Shown: positions 49,344 to 56,616 of the stretch, in pieces
How positions within the stretch are numbered: position 1 is the first letter of the stretch
How the letters are laid out: each line of letters starts with the position of its first letter
From: Octopus bimaculoides
Lineage: Eukaryota
NCBI RefSeq assembly: GCF_001194135.2
Contig: NC_068995.1
Span: 39,691,573-39,748,188 of the forward strand
DNA length: 56,616 bases
Direction: 5' to 3'
The notes under the pieces: model-generated
Seen by the model: only the letters and a program-made list of their open reading frames with translations
What the model was told of the DNA's origin: nothing
Database searches by the model: none
Made by a program: the position numbers and the translations under genes

Positions 49344-52055
49344 CGCACACACACAAATTCCTATAGATAATACACACATGCATGTACATAATAGTAGAAA
49401 GACCGCCCTCCGGGCGATTTTCAGCTAGCTTCTTGATAATATTTTCACATTTGATTCCCATTTTTAATAATTTATATATTTTGCATCTAATTATTCCTTC
49501 GTATGATAGTGCTTACTTACTTCGTAAATATTGCTTTCTTCATTTTATCACAGTCATAATCTCTCTTTTTTAACCAACATCCAACAACAGAGGGAGAAGC
49601 AGTTTGTCAAGTTTTACCTTCCCCTCAAAGCAACATGGAGATTTCAATTCAGCAGCCCATCTCTAAGCTTTGCAGTATGTGTGTGTGAGAGAGAGAAAGA
49701 ACATTGCAAACAATGGATGAAATAAACATGATATGAAAGAGTCGTATGAAATAAAAAGGGCATTACTACAGATGTATACGTCCCCGACTTTGTTGCCTCA
49801 TAACATCCAGAAAAATTGACACATTTTAACAAAATTTTCTACAAATACCGATTAGATGTTGTGGTTTCAGAGTATATTGCCTTTTACTTTTGTGTATGTG
49901 TATCTGCGTGTGCGCGAGTGTGTACCTGTGTGTGTGTGTGTGTCACTGTTGCAGTTGTGTTTGGAAACAGTGAATAAGGTGCAAGTTTCGAGTTACATGT
50001 CAGTAAGTTTTTGCTATTTTTCTCGTCGTCTTCTAATAGTAATTACCCAACTTTCTAGGCTCTTCTCATAGCTATTCCGTGTTCAAGAATTATACGGGTA
50101 TTTTTTAAGATTTTTCATTCAATAAATAATGTTTTGACATTACACATACATTAATAGCGAATTAAAACTTAAGAGAAAGTGAGAGACTTTGCAAAAGACA
50201 ATGGAATACTCCGCAGTGAATGCAACGAATATTTAAATTTGGGATGAACTGGACGCAGAGAATATTTCAATTTGCGAGAAATTGGAGCTTAAAAAAAATC
50301 AATGAACTTGAGAAATCGAAATTATAGGAAATTTATTAGAACATAAATTTATTAAAATATTTCCAGACGATCAACCCTTTAATCATTGCTTTCTTTTAGT
50401 ACTTTTAGTAATTATTACATACCTAATTAATAAGCAGCTTTCACCGTTATAGTATCGACATGGGTACATTTATGCATGCATATCTATATACATATATGTA
50501 TGTGTATATATGTATATATATATATTTATGTGTATATATATATATATATGTGAGTACATATGTGTGTGTATATCTATATACACAGAGAGAGAAAGAGCAT
50601 TATTTAATCTTATTATATAGGCAACCCCCATACCTTCACAGCAAATAACTCAATATTAATTTCTTTTTAGATTTTAAACATTAGATATAACGAAAGGTGG
50701 GGTCAGAATAGATTTGAAGAAAGAAAATTTTTCCTAAAGTGCACCTGGATTTTAGGAAATGATATATTTAGTTTTCAATTGCTCAAGAACAAACCTGCTA
50801 ATATTTACTTGTAGCTCTTCGTAAGTTCCGTTATTCTTCCTTAACAATCAAAATCAGATGATGAGTGTCTAATGTGAACGTTTAGATTATTCTTATACAG
50901 AAGTAATATATATTACAAATCCTGTGAATCAAATAGAGTAAGACCTTTCCCCAAGACTTCGTGTTCTTACTCCAGAATCGATGTTGCAACATGACTGACA
51001 TTTACCATGTATGACACTCTACAGGGCAGAATCTGCACCGTTATAAACATCACCCCAAAGCCAGGGCTCATCTTAAACACCGAGTGCAAATTCGAACCTT
51101 AACATATTGCGGTTTAGTGTGCCACCTTTGTATCACAATCCGAACACAATCCTACCGATATTTTCGTAAAGAAAGATAGCTTTTACAAATTACAGATAAA
51201 CATGAAACGTACTTTACCTACGAATATCAAACCATGCTTCCTGCATAAAGCCTTGGCGATAAAGACCAAGTTCCAATAGTTACAAAGGCGCTGAAAGCCC
51301 CCTCACGCATTTACCAGCCGCTGCACTAATGGTGAAACATTACGAAGTATCTTAAGGAGCGAGTGTAGTTGATAGGCTACATTTTAAAAGGAAATTCTGG
51401 AGCCGTCTTATATACCCAGTGTACACCGACATATATAGTAGTCGTAGTTATGATTAAAACTCTACTTGTTGTAGTAGTGATCGCCATTTATTCAGTAATG
51501 AACGTAATGACCTTCACCATTGGATAGATAAAAAGGAAAGTAATGTTTTCACTTGGATGTAGATATATAGCGTGTGTATTGTTGTGACAGAATTTTTTTT
51601 TTTCACAGACGACACACATACACACACACATTCCTATATATACACATATATTTATACATCCATCCATCCATCTATACATATACATACATACAACATATAT
51701 ATATATATATGTCACTGTGACAGTTATTCGATTAGCGCTATATGCCATCATGACATTTATTCAATAAATGATATATGTATCGCAATGTGTGTTATCCAAT
51801 AAAGGCAGCGTGAGTTGCCGATATCGGTGCAGTTAAAGAATAATATCGGCAGATATAATGTTACCCGATTTCCATCTCTGTTATTGTTTTCTTGCAAATT
51901 ACGAGTTTCTTACTCATGGATGCATAATGATTGAGAACCTCCGAATGAAAAGAAACTAAAAGCGTTTATGCCTTTACCATCAGTTTACAGTTAAAAGGAT
52001 CTGGCGTAATGCTACTGATCTTGTTTAACTTCAGGTTGGTCCAGATGAAGTATCA

Positions 52056-52252
52056 GTTTCAAATTTTGGCACAAGGTGGGGGTAAGTCGATTAGATTAAT
52101 CTCAAGGCTCTACTGGTACTTATATTTTATCGACCCCGAAAGGATGAAAGGCAATGTCGACCCCGGTGGAATTTGAACACTGAACGTAAAGACGGACGAA
52201 ATGTCACTAAGCATTTTTCCGACGTGCTGACGACTCGTCCAACCTGCTGCTT
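52056..52252 (-). mobile_element. SINE family C, near full length
   Basis: GTTTCAAATTTTGGCACAAGG..GGTACTTAT..ATCGACCCCGAAAGGATGAAAGGC..GAACGTAAAGACGGACGAAATG. Confidence 0.85.
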
Positions 52253-53294
52253 CGCTCTTGATTAAATATTAAAAGAAATCTATCGGAAGCAATGTCCTCT
52301 AACATTTTTTTCAATTACAGTGAGTTCTTTCCAATATTTAAGGCAGTGGAATTCGATATAGAGGTGATTTGAAGTTATTTCTTTCAGATCTAGCAACTAC
52401 GTAGAGTGTATCCACACACCTCGTATTTGCCTCGACTCCTGCAACTCATGGGGCCGATTACCTGCTTTCCATCGCATGTAAGTGACCATGATCGCAGCAT
52501 TTATCCTGAAGATGCGCTTGACCGTGACAAGTTTACTCATTTATAGCTGAGTGGACACAAGGAATGTAAAAGAAGTCTTTTGCTCAATGACACATGGCAC
52601 CAGCCACTCCGGGAATCGAAACGACGAGCTTGGGATTGTATGTACAATAGTTTAACTACTAAGCTACGCATCTTCACCGTGTTCGCTCATTACCTGCTTT
52701 AAATACAGGTGTACTTTAAATACAGGTAGAAGAATGCGCGTGTATGTATGAGTGTGTCGGTCCTGGACTATTGTAGAAGAAAAATTGTCCAACATCCGAC
52801 ACAATTACATTGAATCTGGAGGTACATGGTTGTGAAGCCAGCTTCATATTACACGCCTACTGCCTATGTTACTAGGTGATATAAGATTGCCGTTACGAAT
52901 GATAATTATATCATTTAACTACTATTACAAATGAACACATGTAGAAAGTTCTTAAACTACATGAAGCTGACTGACCAGTGGCAGCAGCATCAGTAGCAAC
53001 AGCAGCAGCAGCAGCAGCAGCAGTAGCATGGCAGTGAACAATAAAGAAAAGTTCAATATCAGTAGATGAATACGTTGTTTCCATATAATCGTACACGGAT
53101 TATTGGAACGCCATCGAAGAGATTAAGGAAAATCCGATTAGTAAAAAGGCTTGCGAACGAAATCACCAACTTTACTTAATATCACTCAGCTAAACCAACG
53201 TGTATTCGGTTTAATAGGATACGCATTCCCACATAGACGTGCATATACGTACACACATAGATACATACACACATACATATATAAGCACACACAC

Positions 53295-53357
<63 letters not shown>

Positions 53358-53878
53358 TAGATGCATATATGCATATACATATATTTACTTATATACACGT
53401 ATATAAATGTGTGTGTTGTGTGTGTGTGGATGTGTGTGCGTGCGCACACACGTCTGTAGGTGAATGAGGGTAAGCTGATACGAGCGTGTGTACAATTTTG
53501 ATTTGAATAATTATTATAATTACATAAAAATTATACTTTTGAACATAGGGAACCAATTATTTCTCTGTGTGTGTCTGTGTCTGTATGTCTGTGTGTGTTT
53601 GTTTGCGCGTGTATATGTGTGTATGTGTGTGCGCGTGTGTGTGTGCGTGTATGTGTGTATATGTGAGTGCGTATGTGTGTGCGCGTGTGTATGTATGTGT
53701 GAGTGTGTGTGTACGTGTGTAAGTGTGCGTGCGTGCGTGTGTGCGTGTGTGTTTTGTAAAATGTTATTAATTGTCCTTATTCCCTTTATTATTATCATAT
53801 ACTGTTGCTATGGTGTTCAGCTTCCGTGTATTTCTATTATAAGCAGAACAATTTCCTTATTGTCTATGCTCCTACAAA

Positions 53879-53942
<64 letters not shown>

Positions 53943-54173
53943 ACACTTATACATATATACACACACAAAAACACTCACGGAATCATTCATATGCTCACAC
54001 AAGACAGATTACTGTCAACATATTCATATTATATTCTGAATGAAAAAAACATCTCACTAGGAGTGTTTAACTCGAAAGATTATGTAAAATAATTGCCTGC
54101 AGCTTCAAACATATATGATGTACACTGCACAACTTGAAACATGTTTGTCGAATTCTTTTGATATATACATATA

Positions 54174-54276
<103 letters not shown>

Positions 54277-54769
54277 TGGCATTTTATTTTACATTATTAC
54301 AGACTAAAGAATTGTAAATATTAAGCTGATGATGCTCTTTCCTTTAAATATCTCTGCTAGATACGAACAGATATATCTCAACGATGCAGCGAAGAATCAT
54401 TGATACCGTGTGTGAAATTTTATTCAAGAAGTATGGAAGCCTTCTCATTAACTAACACTTGAACATGGGTTATTAGAGCCTCGGTCCAAATGCTATTGAA
54501 GACCAAATTGTTACTTATTCTAATGGAAGATCGATAAAAGTCGATATACCTCTGTTATTATCAACCTTCTTAATTGCGTCGTTTTAAATCTTTTGCACTT
54601 ATAAATGTGACGTTTGTGCCAGTACTGTGAAGCAATTATTGTGAAAAGGTTTATACATAACCATTGTTTTCCTTTTTCGCGTACGGCAAGCCACAGAATG
54701 CAACACATAACAGATATGTTAATAGATATGTTAAAACTCAAGTGATTCTTGTGCATCTATATTCATATG

Positions 54770-54801
<32 letters not shown>

Positions 54802-54804
<3 letters not shown>

Positions 54805-54967
54805 TTAAAATTTTAGGTCAAGTCCAGCAAGTTCAGGAGTGAGGTTAAGTCGATTACATCAATCCCAGTGCTCAACTAGTATTTATTTTTTCGACCCCGA
54901 AAGGATGAAAGACGAAGTCTCTTTCGGCAAAATTTGAACTCAGGAGGTAAAGGCGGGCGAAATTCCG
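54802..54967 (-). mobile_element. SINE family C, 5'-truncated
   Basis: GGTTTAAAATTTT..TAAGTCGATTACATC..CGACCCCGAAAGGATGAAAG..ATTTGAACTCAG. Confidence 0.85.
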
Positions 54968-55147
54968 AGATTAAGAGTTTCCTGCTTTACGTCTTTCCCT
55001 TGACTCAAGTTTCATACCTCTATGATCGTCAGCAACGGAATTGTTTGTAGATATTTGACCAACTCCATATTTTTTTTTTTCATGAAAAAATAAAAAATGA
55101 TGGAAATATACCGACAATCAATACTCTTGAAAATATAATAAACAATA

Positions 55148-56000
55148 AACGCAGACGTGGCTGTGTGGTAAGAAGTTTCCTTCCTAACCACATGCTTCTC
55201 GGTTCAGTCCCGGTGCGAGAAATTTAGGGTAGGCGTCTTCAGCTATAGTTCCAGATTGACAAATAGCTTGTAAGTGGATTAGGTTGGCGGAATATTAAAG
55301 AAAGTCGTCATATATAAAAATAAGTGGAGAAGTGGCTGTGTGGTAAGAAGTTTTACTTCCTAACCACATGGTTCTTGGTTCAGTCCCACTACATGGCACC
55401 TTGGGCATGTGATTTCTACTATAACCACGAGCTGATCAAAGCCTTGTGAGTGGATTTCGTAGAAGGAAACTAAATGAAGTCCGTCTTAGATATATGTATT
55501 TATATGTGTATGTGTGTGTGTCGTGCGTGTGTGTATGTACGAACGCCCACAAAGAAGTATATTTTATTTTTTAAATGTTCCAGTCATTGGATTGCGGTTA
55601 TACAAACGTATCGCCTTGATACTTGAGAAGATATAGAACCCTTCACGGAATACGTATGTCATCTTAAAGATGACATCTTGGGCAAGTGTTTTCTACTATA
55701 GCCACGAGCCGACCAAATTCTTGTGAGTCGATTTGGTAGACGGAAACTGAAAGAAACACGTCGTATATATGTATATGCGTGTGTGTGTTTGTGTGTCTGT
55801 GCTTGTCCCCCTAGCATTGCTTGACAACCGATGCTGGTGCGTTTATGTCCCCGTCAATTAGCGGTTCGGTATAATAGACCGATAGAATAAGTACTAGGCT
55901 TACAAATAATAAGTCCCATGGTCGATTTGCTCGACTAAAAGCGGTGCTCCAGCATGACTGCAGTAAAATGACTGAAACAAGTAAAAGAGTAGTAAAAGAG

Positions 56001-56002
<2 letters not shown>
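55148..56002 (+). mobile_element. Three tandem, same-orientation family B SINE pieces (55148-55318, 55322-55530, 55672-56002)
   Basis: TGGCTGTGTGGTAAGAAG heads twice; third piece starts at CATCTTGGGCAAGTG and ends (TAAAAGAG) then (GATA)n. Confidence 0.85.
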
Positions 56003-56055
<53 letters not shown>

Positions 56056-56187
56056 GCGAAAGGAACAAATGAGAGAAATGCAAAAAAAAAAAAGAAAGTG
56101 ATGTATGTAATAATTTATGAATCAATACCAGCTTTCGTAGATATATATATACATACATAATACGTACATAAATATGTATGTACGTAC

Positions 56188-56231
56188 CTGCATATTTTTC
56201 TACCGATGTTCCGACCAACCTAACGTCATAC
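56188..56231 (-). CDS. Candidate 44-nt exon encoding YDVRLVGTSVEKYAG (SRCR-domain-start-like); unconfirmed
   Basis: TTTTTTACTCTAAAGTAG acceptor, CAG|GTACGT donor; peptide resembles VRLVG(x6-7)G of SRCR domains. No partner exon found. Confidence 0.3.
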
Positions 56232-56563
56232 CTACTTTAGAGTAAAAAATATCTTACTTGAAAATGTACATAAATAATGAAAGAGACCAATAATCATTAA
56301 AACAAGAAGTTAGACCAGTAAACCTACCATCAATAATAATGAACGCCCTCCCACGCAAACAGCAACCTCATTTTGTTGGTAGAGACATTTTCTTTAACAT
56401 GTGACTATACAAGAGATAACATCCTACTACGTTCATAAACTTCAAGATCTTCGTATAGTGCGTAATAAATATGACTGTGTGCGCGTGTATATATGTGTGT
56501 GTGTGTATGTGTATTATTATATATATAGAGAGAGATAGAGATAGATATAGAGATAGATATATG

Positions 56564-56616
<53 letters not shown>

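Noticed and set aside
51816-51851. 9-bp inverted repeat TGCCGATAT/ATATCGGCA
   Set aside because: Within chance expectation for 56 kb; no supporting context.

Overview
AT-rich, repeat-saturated eukaryotic non-coding DNA. It is most likely an intronic or intergenic stretch of a coleoid cephalopod (Octopus-like) draft scaffold; this is inferred from the SINE/LINE repertoire and microsatellite load, not proven. About 5.1 kb is N (12 gaps, mostly at (TA)n arrays). No intact host gene or complete autonomous transposon is visible, and almost all ORF-track entries are microsatellite or N-gap artefacts. Supported content: more than 30 tRNA-derived SINE copies from about 4 families; fragments of non-LTR retrotransposons (two restriction-like-endonuclease LINEs, an RTE-like 3' end, two 3'-UTR-only copies embedded in microsatellites); a piggyBac transposase pseudogene with its right end and TTAA; a mariner right end; and a Helentron/pearl-like non-autonomous element. 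The most interesting signal is non-coding. There are several sequence-unrelated type I hammerhead-ribozyme(-like) motifs, typical of Penelope-like elements and retrozymes: one near-canonical at 29754-29827, an inverted pair at 2905-3107 and a minimal one at 8601-8637. There is also an RTE fragment nested in another LINE whose 5' junction carries a 20-nt inverted copy of nearby host sequence. A 44-nt SRCR-like candidate exon at the right edge is the only hint of a host gene.
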